From Hypanus sabinus (Eukaryota): a DNA stretch of 64,000 bases. The position numbers and the translations under genes are program-made. The notes below the pieces were generated by a model. That model had not been told where the DNA came from. It saw only the letters and a list, made by a program, of their open reading frames with translations, and did no database searches. The stretch spans positions 3,968,001-4,032,000 of the forward strand of contig NC_082717.1 in the NCBI RefSeq assembly GCF_030144855.1, written 5' to 3'. Below are positions 49,960-62,450 of this stretch, in pieces; the stretch's first letter is position 1, and every line of letters begins with the position of its first letter.

Positions 49960-51670
49960 GAGAGTTGATACTGGACCTTTAGAAAATGATGTTGGTAAGG
50001 TAGTAATGGGTAACAAAAAATAGTAGATGAACTTATTGGGGACCTGCATCTGTCTTCACTGGGAAAGACACTAGCAGTGTGCCAGAGGCCCGCGAGTGTC
50101 AGGGAGCAGGAGTCCGTGCCATTGCTATTACAAAGGAAATAGTCCTCGGCAAACTCAATGTTCTTTAGGTGGATAAGTCACCTGGGCCAGATGGACTACA
50201 TCCCAGAGTCCCGAAAGAGGTTGCTGAAGAGATAACGGATGCATTGGCCATGATCTTTCAAGAATCACTGGATTCTGGCATTACCCCCGAGGGTGGAAGA
50301 TTGCAAATGTCACCCCACTCTTTAAGAAGTGAGGAAGGCAAAAAATGTAAATTGTAGGCCGGTTAGCCTAACCTCAGTGGTTGGAAACATTTCAGTCTAT
50401 TACTAAGGATGAGATTTCAAGCTACTTGGAGGCTAATGAGAAAATAAGTCAAAGTTAGCATGGTTTCTGTCAAGGGAAATCTTGCCTGACAAATCCGTTA
50501 GAGTTCTTCGGGGAAGTAACAAGCAGGGTGGACAAAGGAGAGGCAGTGGATGTCACTTACTTGGATTTACAGAAGGCATTTGATAAGGTGTCACACAAGA
50601 GGCTGCTGAACAAGAAAAAATCCTATGATATTACAGGAAAGATACTGGCATGGATAGTGGAATGGCTGACAGGCAGGAGGCCGGTGACTAGTGGTGTTCC
50701 TCGGGGGTCAGTATTGGGACTGCTACTTTTCACATTGTTTGTCAATGATTTGGATAATGGAATTGATGGCTTTGTGGCAAACTTTGTGGATGATACGTAG
50801 GCAGGCGGAAGGGTAGGTAGTATGATTGCAAGAGAACTCAAAAAGATTGGAAGAATGGGCAAAAAGATGGCAGTTGGAATACAGTGTTGGGAAATGTATG
50901 ATAATCCATTTTGGTGAAAGGAATAATAGTGTGGACTGTTATCTAAACAGGGAGAAGGTTCAAACATCAGAGGTGCAGAGAAACTTTGTGCAAGACTCCC
51001 AGAAGATTAATTTATGGATTGAGTATATGGTAAGGAAGGCAAATGCAATGTTGACATTCATTTCAAGGGGAATTGAATATAAAAACAGAGGGATATGCCG
51101 AGCCTTTATAAGACACTAGTCAGTCCGCACTTAGTATTGTCAACTGTTCCGGGTCTCGTATCTCAGAAAGGATGTATTGCCATTGGAGAGAGTCCAGAGG
51201 ATGTTCATGAGGATGCCTCTGAGAATGAAGGGGTTAACATAAAAAGAGTGTTTGGCAGCTTTTGGGCCTGTAATCACTGGAATTTAGAAGAACTTGTGGG
51301 GGATCTCATTGAAACCTACCGAATGTTAAAAGTACTAGATAGGGTAGATGTTGAGAGGATGTATCCTATGGTGAGGGCACAGCCTCAAAATTGAGGGGCA
51401 ACCCTTTAGAGCAGAGATAAGGAGGAGTTTTTCTTAGCCAGAGGATAGTGAATCTGTGGAAGGCCCTGCCACAGACTGCAGTAGAAGCCAAGTCAGTGGG
51501 TATATTTAAGGTGAAAGTTGATAGTTTCCTGATCAATCAGGGTATCAAATGATATGGAGAGAAGATATGATATGGGGTTGAGTGGGATCCAGGATCAGCC
51601 ATGATGGAATGGTGGAGCAGACAGATGGGCTGAATGGCCTAATTCTGTTGCTGTGTCTTATGGTCTCTGG
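49960..51670 (+). mobile_element. Degenerate CR1 RT to 3' UTR
   Basis: DKSPGPDG, YLDLQKAFDKV, SGVPRGSVLG motifs and CR1 3' UTR. Confidence 0.9.
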
Positions 51671-53299
51671 TCTTTTGAAGGAAAGCTGCTGCTTGCTGGC
51701 CCATAGTTGTTTGGGAGGTATTGTTGGGGCTGTGGAAAGGTTGTGATACCACCCAGATTTTGAGCTGTCTTGATGGAACCTTGATGAAAGTAAAGTCATC
51801 CATTAAAGGAGATGGTTTGTAGTCACCGTTTATATGGACAAAGATAGATTCTGCATGCTTGCTACATTGCTTGTCGAACCACTTTGCTGTGAGGTCAAGG
51901 CGGGAGAGACAGGAGGCTGGCAGGACTGGCCGATTGTCTCCTTGACATAGATACTGCTGAGGCAGGAGGTCATGCAACTGGGGCATCTGCTCTCGAGAGT
52001 GCTAGTTCTGAAGATGTTCACAGGTGAGGGTTTATGTGAAGTCCCTCGGCAGACGTCGCCTACTATAACCCACCCCAGTGAGACCTCTGTGCAAAGGGAG
52101 TGTATGGAGGCCGATTACGTTACTTGAGTCCCTTGTGTACCTGTATGATGTCACTTCCCAGCAGGAGCAGGATCTCAGCCTTTCAGTCGAGTGACAGCAT
52201 CTTACTGGCTAGGGACTTGGGGTGAGGGTGGCGAGTCGCAGCTTCTGGAATGGGGACTTGCTTCCTGTTGTCCGGAAATTCGTCACATTCAATGAGCGTG
52301 AGGAGAGCTACGTGAGTCTTTCCACCAACAGAATCAACAATAATGCCTCTTGCTCTTCACCCAACTGTCTGAAACACACCTGCACATGTCTGAAGTGTGT
52401 AAGGGGAGGTGCCATTGTTTATGTTAAAGACTTTGAAAAAAAGATGAATTTGCTGAAGTCTTCTAGCTCTGATCATCCAATACAACATACACCCTCATCC
52501 TCTTCTCACGATGGTCTTCTGGGCAAACATTGCTGCAGCAGATCTTTGACTTACTGGCAGAGTTTTCCCCACAGACCTCAGTGCACTGGATAATGAGGAC
52601 TTCCAAGCCAAGTAATTCTCTGGTTTATCATCAATATTGTGATTCCGGCCGTCAGCTAGTCATGACAGGCTAGGAATCTCACAGAATCTGACAGATCATG
52701 ATTGGGTTGGGGTACGGTCCAGGGAACTGAGCAGCATCACCACCTGTGTTATGCCATAGTACGTAGGAGTATTGTTTCCAGAAATGGAGATGGTGAAATG
52801 AAGAATGGATACTCTACATATGGCCTCACTAGAGTTATGTAAAGCTGCAACATAAATTCCTGACATTTGAACTTAATTCCTTGTCTAATAAAGGCAAGAA
52901 TGGTGGAGAGGATTGGGAAATTAATATCTAAGGTCATCAGGAAATATGGAAGGATAGGCAGGAAGATAAGGGAGATGGGATAGCTCTCTTAATTAAGGAT
53001 GAGATAGGGCAATAGTGAGAGACGATATAAGATCTAAGGATCAGAATGTTGAATCCGTCTGGGTAGAGATGGGGAATAGTAAAGGGAAAATCACTGGAGG
53101 GAGCTGTCACTGAATGATAACATGACATGAGAGTGGCATCGGCAGTAGACAGTGAAATATCTGATGCACGTAAGAGTGGAACAGCAGCAATCTTCAGGAG
53201 GACTTCATCGAATGTCCGGAACAAAGTTTAAAAAGGGAAAGCTTCGCAGGAATTCGGTTATAGCTGGCACACCAATCGTGAGTTGGAGAGCTGGGAAGA

Positions 53300-54080
53300 T
53301 GCAGACATAAAAGGCAGACACTGCCCAGTGGAGTGGTCACCAAAGGAGCGGTCATCGACGGAGTGGTCGTCGACGGAGTGGTCATCGATGGAGCGGTCAT
53401 CGACGGAGTGGTCTGTGTCAGGGTGGTCATCGACGGGGTGGTCATCGACGGAGTGGTCATTGACGGAGTGGTCTGTGTCAGGGTGGTCATCGATGGAGTG
53501 GTCATCGACGGAGTGGTCATCGACGGAGTGGTCATTGACGGAGTGGTCTGTGTCAGGGTGGTCATCGACGGAGTGGTCTGTGTCAGGGTGGTCATCGACG
53601 GAGTGGTCTGTGTCAGGGTGGTGGGGCTTTGGCTCATTCAGGCTTTGGCCAGGTAAGTGGGTAGGTGAACTTTATTTTTTTTCCTTGCATTTTTTTTGAG
53701 GAATAGAGAGCATGTCTGTAGGGTTAGAACGTTGCTCTGGGTGTCAGATGTGGGAATCCTGGGAATATTCCAGTCTCCCAGATGCCCACGTCTGTGCCAG
53801 GTGCACCGAGATGCAGCTCCTGAGAGACCGCGTTAGGGATCTGGAGCTGTGGCTCGATGAGGGAAAGTGAGCAGGAGATAGGTAGGAGCTACAAGGATAG
53901 GAGATACAAGGAGTTAGTCACCCCGTGGCTGCAGGAGTTAGACAAGAGGGTGACTGTCAGGGAAGGGAGGGAAGAGCTCAGATGGTAGAGAGCACCACTG
54001 TGGGAACCCCCTCAGTAATCATTATCTCGTTTTGGATCCTGTTGAAGGGGACGAGCTGACAGAGGACGACCACGACGAAT
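53300..54080 (+). mobile_element. CR1 5' UTR and ORF1 start
   Basis: MSVGLERCSGCQMWES zinc-finger start at ~53712; the upstream ggctttggctca motif matches the CR1 at ~16890. Confidence 0.8.
53336..53620. repeat. Array of 19 x 15-bp units of two types
   Basis: A = gtcatcgacggagtg, B = gtctgtgtcagggtg. Confidence 0.97.
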
Positions 54081-54084
54081 GGGT

Positions 54085-55640
54085 CTCTGACATTCGGCCC
54101 CTCGAGTCTGCACCGCCAATCTGAGATCATGGCTGATCATTCACTATCAATACCCAGTCCCTGCCTTGTCCCCATATCCCTTGATTCCCCTATCCATCAG
54201 ATATCTATCTAGCTCCTTCTTGAAAGCATCCAGAGAATTGGCCTCCACCGTCTTCCGAGGCAGTGCATTCCACACCTCCACAACTCTCTGGGAGAAGAAG
54301 TTTTTCCTCAACTCTGTTTTAAATAACTGACCTCTTAATCTCAATCCATGCCCTCTGGTACTGGACTCTCCAACATCTGAAACATATTTCCTGCCTCAAT
54401 CCTATCAAATCCTTTAATTATCTTAAACATTTCAATCAGATCCCCTCTCAATCTCCTCAATTCCAGCGTGTACAAGCCCAATCTCTCCAATCTCTCTGCG
54501 TAAGACAGCCCTGCCATCCCAGGAATCAACCTAGTGAATCTACGCTGCACTTCCTCAATTGCCAGAATGTCCTTCCTTAAACCTGGAGACCAAAACTGTA
54601 CACAATATTCCAGGTGTGGTCTCACCAGGGCCCTGTACAAATGCAAAAGGACATCCTTGCTTTTGTACTCAATTCCCCTTGTAATAAAGGCCAACATTCC
54701 ATTTGCCCTCTTCACTGCCTGTTGCACTTGCTCATTCACCTTCATTGACTGATGAACTAGGACTCCTAGGTCTCTTTGCATTTCTCCCTAACTCTACACC
54801 GTTCAGACAATACTCTGCCCTCTTGTTCCTGCTTCCAAAGTGGATAACTTCACATTTATTCACATTGAATGACATCTGCCAAGTATCTGCCCACTCACCC
54901 AGCCTATCCAAGTCTCCCTGTATTCTCCTAACGTCCCCTTCGCATGTCACACTGCCACCCAGTTTAGTATCATCAGCAAACTTGCTGCTATAGTTTTCAA
55001 TGCCCTCATCTAAATCGTTGACATAAATCGTAAAGAGCTGTGGTCCCAATACAGAGCCCTGTGGTACCCCACTAGTCACCTCCAGCCAGTCCGAGAAACA
55101 CCCATTCACTGCTACCCTTTGCTTTCTATCTGCCAACCAGTTTTCTATCCATGTTGAAACCCTGCCCCCAATGCCATGAGCTCTGATTTTACTCACCAAT
55201 CTCCTATGTGGCACCTTATCGAATGCCTTCTGAAAATCTAGGTACACTACATCCACTGGCTTACCCTCGTCTAACATCCTTGTTACACCTTCAAAAAACT
55301 CCAACAGATTAGTCAAGCATGATTTGCCCTTGGTAAACCCATGCTGGCTTGGCCTAATCCTATTACTGCCATTAAGATATGCCACTATTTCGTCCTTAAT
55401 AATGGACTCAAGCATCTTCCCCACGACTGACATTAGGCTAACAGGGCGATAGTTTTCCGTTTTCTCCTTCCCTCCCTTCCTGAAAAGTGGGATAACATTA
55501 GCCACTCTCCAATCATCAGGAACTGATCCTGAATCTAAGGAACATTGGAAAATGATTACCAATGCATCCGCAATTTCCTGAGCCACCTCTTTTAGAACCC
55601 TCGGATGCAGACCATCTGGACCCGGGGATTTATTTGTGTA
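54085..55640 (-). mobile_element. Well-preserved CR1 RT to 3' UTR (same family as 270-925)
   Basis: ORF 54732..55586 (284 aa) has RT motifs including [11 protein letters not shown]; ORFs 54341..54781 and 54147..54344 continue it. Confidence 0.96.
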
Positions 55641-55979
55641 GGATTCACAAATAATTTATTGTGTATGAATGTAGGATTCACTCCTACACGTACAGACTCA
55701 GTGGGTGAGCTCTCCATTCTGCCCCCTGGGAGTGTAGCTGTGATTTTGTTACTACTGAGCCAGTAGTACAGGCAGGTCCTGGGCCTCTCTGAAGCAGGCA
55801 ATCTGACAAGGTAGTTACAATGAATGTTATTCAGAAAAAGAGGCTTAGTTTAAAAATACTGATAGAGATAGTTACCTGCCATATGTTCTTCTGGCCTACA
55901 GGGAGCTTCTAGACCCACCACACTCTCAGGATGTCTCCTCTCTGTTGCTCTCTGGCTCAGTAGCAACCCACTCAGGAGC

Positions 55980-57118
55980 AAGATCCTCTGGTTGCCCCTT
56001 GTCCTTAACCCAGGGCCGCATGGTCAAAGTTCAGGGCGGTGGAGTTTTCTAGGGGACCGGAAGGAATCAACTGGTACGACTGTATACACAGGCTTACCAG
56101 TGTTCAACTGTGTATTTACACAGTGGGGAATGGAATGCCAGAGATCCTGAATCTTATGGCAGCCTGTGTGTTGCCAATTCCACACTAACACTAACTGTCG
56201 TGGGTGCGGCTCTACATCGGTGTGGGCTGACTGGCGCACTGACAACGCAACTCTGCTGCCTTTTCCAGCTGTGGGGCCTCCGTCCAAAGAGCGGAAAATA
56301 TGGAGAATACCCAGTGCTTTGATGTTCCATGGTGTTATAGGAAAAGGCAACATCAGACACGTACTCCACCCCTTTCTTCTTCTTCTGAGGGGACAGGGTG
56401 TGAATGATGTCGTGAGGTGTCTTGTTAAACCCTTTACACCGTTCACATTGCCCATTGTCCTGCGGATGATCTGGAGTTGTTCTCTCCAGACACGAGAGTT
56501 TACACAGGGTCTATTCCAGCTCACTTTTGAAACACCTCCCTTGGTCCGACTGTATCTGAGCTGGCTCCCCATGTGGCTGTGTCCAGGGCCTCACCAAGCA
56601 GGCGGCTACAGTGGCAGCCGGCTGGTCACATGTTGGCACAGTGACAGGAAACTTGGAGAATGCATCTGTCAAAACCAGCACATTCTCCTGCCCTTCAAGC
56701 ACTGTGAAGTCCATTGCCACCACGTCCAATGGCCTGGATGCCAATGAACTGCCCATTGCTGTTACTACTTTGGGTTGCAGGGCTTTAGACACAGTGCATC
56801 TCTCACAGGACCAGCAGAACTCCTCACCATCACGATTCGTGTCCGACCAGTAACATCTCCCACTAACCCACCACAATGTCCGCTTCACCTCCTGGTGTAC
56901 ATGGTACCCGTGCCTTTGGGTCCTCACTTGTTCCCGTAGGGAGGCTGAAACCATGAGTTGCCTCTGGCTGCACTCTCTTTTGGCCTCTCGTTGACGATAC
57001 AAAACCCCTTCAGAGTGTATCACCCGATGCCACGGCTTCAGCAGGTCCAGCGTTCACGGCCCCTCCACCAGCCGCTCCTGCTGGCCCAGTGTATCCAGAG
57101 ATACCGGCCACGTGACCG
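55980..57118 (-). mobile_element. Ty3/Gypsy integrase fragment
   Basis: ORF 56511..57023 shows an HHCC-like region (CWSCERC), RPLDVVAMDF, LTDAFSKF and IQSDQGRCF; downstream remnant YSPYFPLFGR. Confidence 0.9.
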
Positions 57119-57120
57119 AT

Positions 57121-57750
57121 GCACTGCCACCTGGCTGGTCGGAGGACACACCACACGCCAATCAACACTTGGTGCACTGCCACCTGGCTGGTCGGAGGAC
57201 ACACCACATGCCAATCAACCCTTGGTGCACTGCCACCTGGCTGGTCGGAGGACACACCACATGCCAATCAACACTTGGTGCACTGCCACCTGGCTGGTCG
57301 GAGGACACACCACATGTCAATCAACACTTGGTGCACTGCCACCTGGCTGGTCGGAGGACACACCACACGCCAATCTACACTTGGTGCACTGCCACCTGGC
57401 TGGTCGGAGGACACACCACATGCCAATCAACACTTGGTGCACTGCCACCTGGCTGGTCGGAGGACACACCACACGCCAATCAACACGGTGCACTGCCACC
57501 TGGCTGGTCGGAGGACACACCACACGCCAATCAACCCTTGCTGCACTGCCACCTGGCGGGTCGGAGGACACACCACACGCCAATCTACACTTGGTGCACT
57601 GCCACCTGGCTGGTTGGAGGACACACCACATGCCCATCAACACTTGGTGCACTGCCACCTGGCTGGTCGGAGGACACACCACATGCCAATCAACACTTGG
57701 TGCACTGCCACCTGGCTGGTCGGAGGACACACCACATGCCAATCAACATT
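57121..57750. repeat. 53-bp minisatellite, ~12 copies
   Basis: Unit gcactgccacctggctggtcggaggacacaccacatgccaatcaacacttggt, period 53 (57121, 57174…). Confidence 0.97.
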
Positions 57751-58049
57751 TGGTCCCTCCCAACTAATCAGTGCACACCTAAATTATTGGTCAGCTGAAT
57801 TGGATTATCTCGCCCAACCCCATGCTATAACAGGTGAGACTTGTCCCTGGATCAGCCTCTCTTACAGACCATCTCATTGGAGGTAAGTTCATTGACTTAT
57901 GTTTGGGAAGGTCTATCGCTTGTCCTGGTTAGGGAGCTGCGGCTATCCAAGGTCAAGGGGGATAGCTGTTGTTGTGCTTTTCCCTTGTTCTTTGTATGTG
58001 TAACCGTACCCTGTCCCCACAGTCCTTCCTGTGTATTGTAGTTGCTCTT

Positions 58050-59800
58050 CATTGACTGCTATTCATTAGGTCAGGCAAAGTGAGGAGGGGATGGATAGGA
58101 GCTATGCTATGTAGTCACACTGTGGGTGGGGAGACAGAGAAGTGGGTAACAGTCAGAAGAGGGAAGGAAAGGAGTCAGAGGCTAGAGAGCACCACTGTGG
58201 TTGTATCCCTTGACAGTAAGTACTCCTGTTTGAGTACTATTTGGGGAGATGGCCTACCCAGGGGAAGCAACAGTGGTCGTGCCTCTGCCACAGAGTCTGG
58301 CCCTGTGGCTCAGAAGGGTAGGGAAAGGAAGAGGGTGGCAGCAGTGATAGGGGACTCTATAGTTAGGGGGTCAGACATGCAATTCTGTGAATGCAGAAAA
58401 GAAACACAGATAGTAGTTTGACTCCCAGGTGCTAGGGTCTAGGATGTTTCTGATCGTGTACATGATTTCCTGAAGTGGGAGGGAGAACAGCCAGAGGTCG
58501 TGGTACATATTGGTCCCAACAACATAGGCAGGAATAGGGAGGGGTCCTGAAAGCAGACTACAGGGTGTTAGGAAGGCAGTTGAGAAGCAGGACCACAAAG
58601 GTAGTAATCTCAGGATTATTGCCTGTGTCACGTGATAGTGAGTATAGGAATAGAGTGTGGATAAGGGATTGGAGCAGGGTGCAGGGATTCAGATTTCTGG
58701 ATCATTGGGACCTCTTTTAGGGCAGGTGTGACCTGTACAAAAAGGACCAATATCCTGGCGGAGAGGTTTGCAAAGGCTACTGGGGAGAGTTTAAACTAGA
58801 ATTGCTGGGGAGTGGGAACCGAACTGAAGAGACGGATGAAGAAATGGATGGCTCACAAATATTGAAAGCTGGGAGACAGTGTGAGAGGGAGGATAGGCAG
58901 GTGATCGAGAAGGGACGTGCTCAGACCGATGGTTTGAAATGTGTTTATTTTAATGCAAGGAGTATTATTAACAAAGTGGATGAGGTTAGAGTGCAGATCA
59001 GTACTTGGAGCTTTGATGTTGTGGCCATTTCAGAGACTTGGATGGCTCAGGAGCAGAAATGGTTACTTCGAATGCCAGGCTTTAGATATTTCAGAGGAGG
59101 GAGGGAGGCAAAGAAGGTGGGTGTGTGACACTGTTGATCAGAGATAGTGTCACAGCAGCAGAAAAGGAGGAAGACATGGAGGGATTGTCACTGAGTCTCT
59201 GTGGGTGGAAGTTAAGACCAGGAAGAGGTCAAGAGCTCTACTGGGTGTTTCTTATAGACCACCCAATAGTAACCGGGACATCGAGGAGCAGATAGTGAGA
59301 CAGATTCTGGAAAGGTGTCATAATAACAAGGTTGTCATAGTAGGAGATTTTATTTTCCCAAATATTGATTGGCATGTCCCTAGAGAAAGGGGTTTAGATG
59401 GGGTGGAGTCTGTTAGGTGTGTTCAGGAAGGTTTCCTGACACAATATGTAGATAAGCCTAGAAGAAGACAGACTGCACTTGATCTGGAATTGGAAAATGA
59501 AGCTGGTCTGGTATCAGATCGATCAGTGGGAAAGTGGTTTTGGACAGGATCTATCCTCTGGTGGGGTCGCTAAGACCAGAGGACATGCCTCAGAATAGAG
59601 CGGCGTCCTTTTAGAACAGAGGTGAGGAGGAATTTCTCCAGCCAGAGAGAGGTGATTCAGTGGAATTCTTTTCCACAGGCAGCTTTGGAGGCCAAGAAAT
59701 TGTGTGTATTTAAGGGAGAGGACGATAGATTCTTGATTAGTCAGGGCATGAAGGGATACTGGGTGAAGGCAGGAATTTGAGGATGAGGGAACCCATGGCT
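58050..59800 (+). mobile_element. CR1: ORF1 esterase and APE fragment followed by a 3' end piece
   Basis: AAVIGDSIVRG, CVYFNARSIINK and SYRPPNSNRD motifs. Confidence 0.88.
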
Positions 59801-59814
59801 CAGCCAATATCCAC

Positions 59815-60260
59815 TGCTGAACTTTGAGTAGGTTGTTACTTGCGCAATCAATGCACTCATTCCCCTCAACACCTCTCTGTGGAGGGACCCATAGGAAACA
59901 AACAGATAACCCAATACTTTGTACATGAGATAATGTCTGATGAGTTTCCGATAGTAAATCTGACCTACTGTTGGAATGACCTGTTTTAATTCTTATCAAA
60001 ACTGAAAAGGATTCTGAACAAATTACAGCTTTACATGCACCAATTTCTCAAGCTACTGTAAGCACAAAATGATGGCAGCCAATCCTGTTGTATATATTCT
60101 GATAAATGGTTAGAAGGTCATTCCTTTATCGTTACCTATAATCCAGGCACAAAAACAGCCAAAGCAACATTCCCAGTTAAATTATCTTTTAGTCCATCTG
60201 TAAAAATGGTTAACATATCATTATAAGTTTCCTTAATATATTGATGAACCAACAGACGTT
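59815..60260 (-). mobile_element. RNase H domain remnant of an I/Nimb-type LINE
   Basis: Minus-strand translation YIKETYNDMLTIFTDGLKD…LAAIILC…SRSDLLSE…FLWVPPQRGVEGNECID fits non-LTR RNase H (TDGS, WVPxHxGIxGNExAD), with stops. Confidence 0.8.
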
Positions 60261-61049
60261 CAGGCAAAAACGGAATCCTTCAACTTTATTAAATTGTGTA
60301 TGTCATGGTGCCGATCATTAATTCTCTATTTTCTCCTCATTTCCTTTGATTGTGCCATGATTCTGACCGTTAATTTCTCATTTGCTCCTAATTCCCTATC
60401 GATGACGGCACAACTCGTTTCCATCAAGAATTCCAGCATAAGTACCTCGGCATTACAATCACTAGTTGCCAGATCATTGGTTTTCACTGTGTGGAAATTA
60501 ACGTTTTCTGGCCACTTAGGATCATGTGTTCTAAGTTTTGCTCCAGTTTCGAGGTTTACCTGTGAAAATCCGCCTCTCCGTGTCAAGCTCTCTCCAGTTT
60601 GCTGTTCAACATTGACACCCGCGTAAGCATCCTAACTCGATTTCTTTGTCTGCGTCCTGTGTTTGGGTTCGCTCCATTCCATAGCAACAGCGTAACCTAA
60701 AATCAACTAAAGTCATTGTGGAAAAAGCCTTATTGTGAAGCTGCAGGAGGACATAATGTGTAATCCCCACTTTGCTGTCAGTGGATGGCACCAGGGTGAA
60801 GCCGCTGATTGGTCACGTCTGCAATGGGCGGGGCTGGCATTTGGGTGTGCGGAGTGGGGCTTCATTTTAAATACCGTCCCGAAGCTTCACACCGATAGTA
60901 CTGGGTGACTTAGAGGGGGGCAAAATCAATAAGTAGACACAGGTCTGTCAGGGGGCAGGTATGGTAGTCATGGTGTTTCATTGGTCAGAATGGTGCCCTG
61001 GGCCCAGTCAGTGATGGTAGGTGAGAGCAAGTGTTTGGCATGGGCTAGA

Positions 61050-61860
61050 AGGGCCGAGGCGAGGTTCAACCCAGATAAGTGTGAGGTGGTTCATTCTGGT
61101 TGGTCAAATATGATGGTAGAATATAGTATTAATGGTAAGACTCTTGGCAGTGTGGATGATCAGAGGGATCTTGGGGTCCGAGTCCATAGGAAACTCAACT
61201 CTGCTACACAGGCTGACTCTGTGGTTAAGAAGGCATACTATACATTAGCCTTCATCAATCATGGGATTGAGTTTAAGAGCCGAGGGGGATTTTGCAACTA
61301 TATAGGATCCTGGTCAGACCCCACTTGAAATATTGTGCTCAATTTTGGTCGCCTCACTACAGGAAGGATGTGGAAACCATAGAGAGGGTACAAAGGAAAT
61401 TTACAAGGATGTTGCCTGGATTGGGAAGCATGCCTTATGAAAACAGGTTGAGCAAACTTGGCCTTTTTTCCTTGGAGCAACGGAGGGTGAGAGGTGACCT
61501 GATAGATGAGTATGAGGTAATGAGAGGCATTGATCGTGTGGAGCCTTTTCCCCAGGGCTGAAATGGTTAGCACCAGAGGGCATAGTTTTAAGGTGCTTGA
61601 AGTAGGTATAGAGGAGATGTCAAGGTTAAGTTTTTTATGCAGAGAGTGGTTTGTGTGTGGAATGGGCTGCTGGTGGCGGTGGTGGAGGTGGAAATGATAG
61701 GGTCTTTTGAAAGTCTCCTGGATGGATACATGGAGCTTAGAAAAATAGAGGGATAGGGGTAAAGCTCAGGTCGTTCTAAGGTAGGGACATATTTGGCACA
61801 GCTTTGTGGAACAAAGAGCCTGTATGTTGCTGTAGGGTTTCTATGTCCTCTGATTATGTT
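61050..61860 (+). mobile_element. CR1 3' fragment (same family as block A)
   Basis: FNPDKCEVVH and LVRPHLKYCAQFWSPHY motifs plus 3' tail. Confidence 0.92.
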
Positions 61861-62444
61861 TGATGGCTATCTGGAGAAGATGGATTTCAGGGTTGTATAT
61901 GGATACATGCTTTGATAATAAGTGAATATCTGAACCTTTGTATTTTTCATTGCTGACCATTCCTTCAGGTAAGAGCTGGCTGTGAAACCTTGTATCGGTA
62001 TGATCCCTTTACGTTTACTCCTGTATTCAACCCCGGGAGATCTCTGAACCATCAGGATGACTGCAGAAACACAAGAGGTCTAGTCACCACCACCTTTTCA
62101 CAGACAATTGAACACAGATGAACACAGCACAGGGACAAGCCATGCTGTTCACTGTGATACCAAATTGAACAACTCTCATTCTGCTGAACTGCTTCTCTAC
62201 CCTTTCCAAACCTCCACCTCCCTCCCGTAACGTGGTCACCAGAAATCCAACTGGCCATCAGCAGGGGAATGGAGGGTCACTGAGCCTGGGCAGAATAACA
62301 GTCCATCATGGACTAGATGGGCCAAAGGGCCAGAGTACTCTGTGACTCCCTGGGGTCCTGCGATTGACTGTAAACGGCAGAGTTGCACAACTGAGCATTC
62401 CAGTATCAAAATCGCATTGTTTAATTCATAAATACACACAGAAT

Positions 62445-62450
62445 TTTATT
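62445..62450 (-). promoter_or_regulatory. Possible polyadenylation signal of the ITIM gene (AATAAA); alternative ATTAAA at 63409-63414
   Basis: tttatt on + strand about 1 kb downstream of the stop codon, in AT-rich unique sequence. Motif evidence only. Confidence 0.3.

Noticed and set aside
51660-52200. Possible host exon or transposase (ORFs 51639..51986 and 51830..52021)
   Set aside because: No motif could be recognised and no consistent splice signals were seen; left unassigned.
53194-53637. Mucin-like Thr/Pro/Ser ORF (TTPSM repeats) on the gene strand as a receptor stalk
   Set aside because: It is the antisense reading of the CR1 5' UTR array, lies between the genes, and has no convincing splice sites.
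39557-57750. CRISPR-like appearance of the repeat arrays
   Set aside because: The units are contiguous with no unique spacers, there are no cas genes, and the context is eukaryotic.
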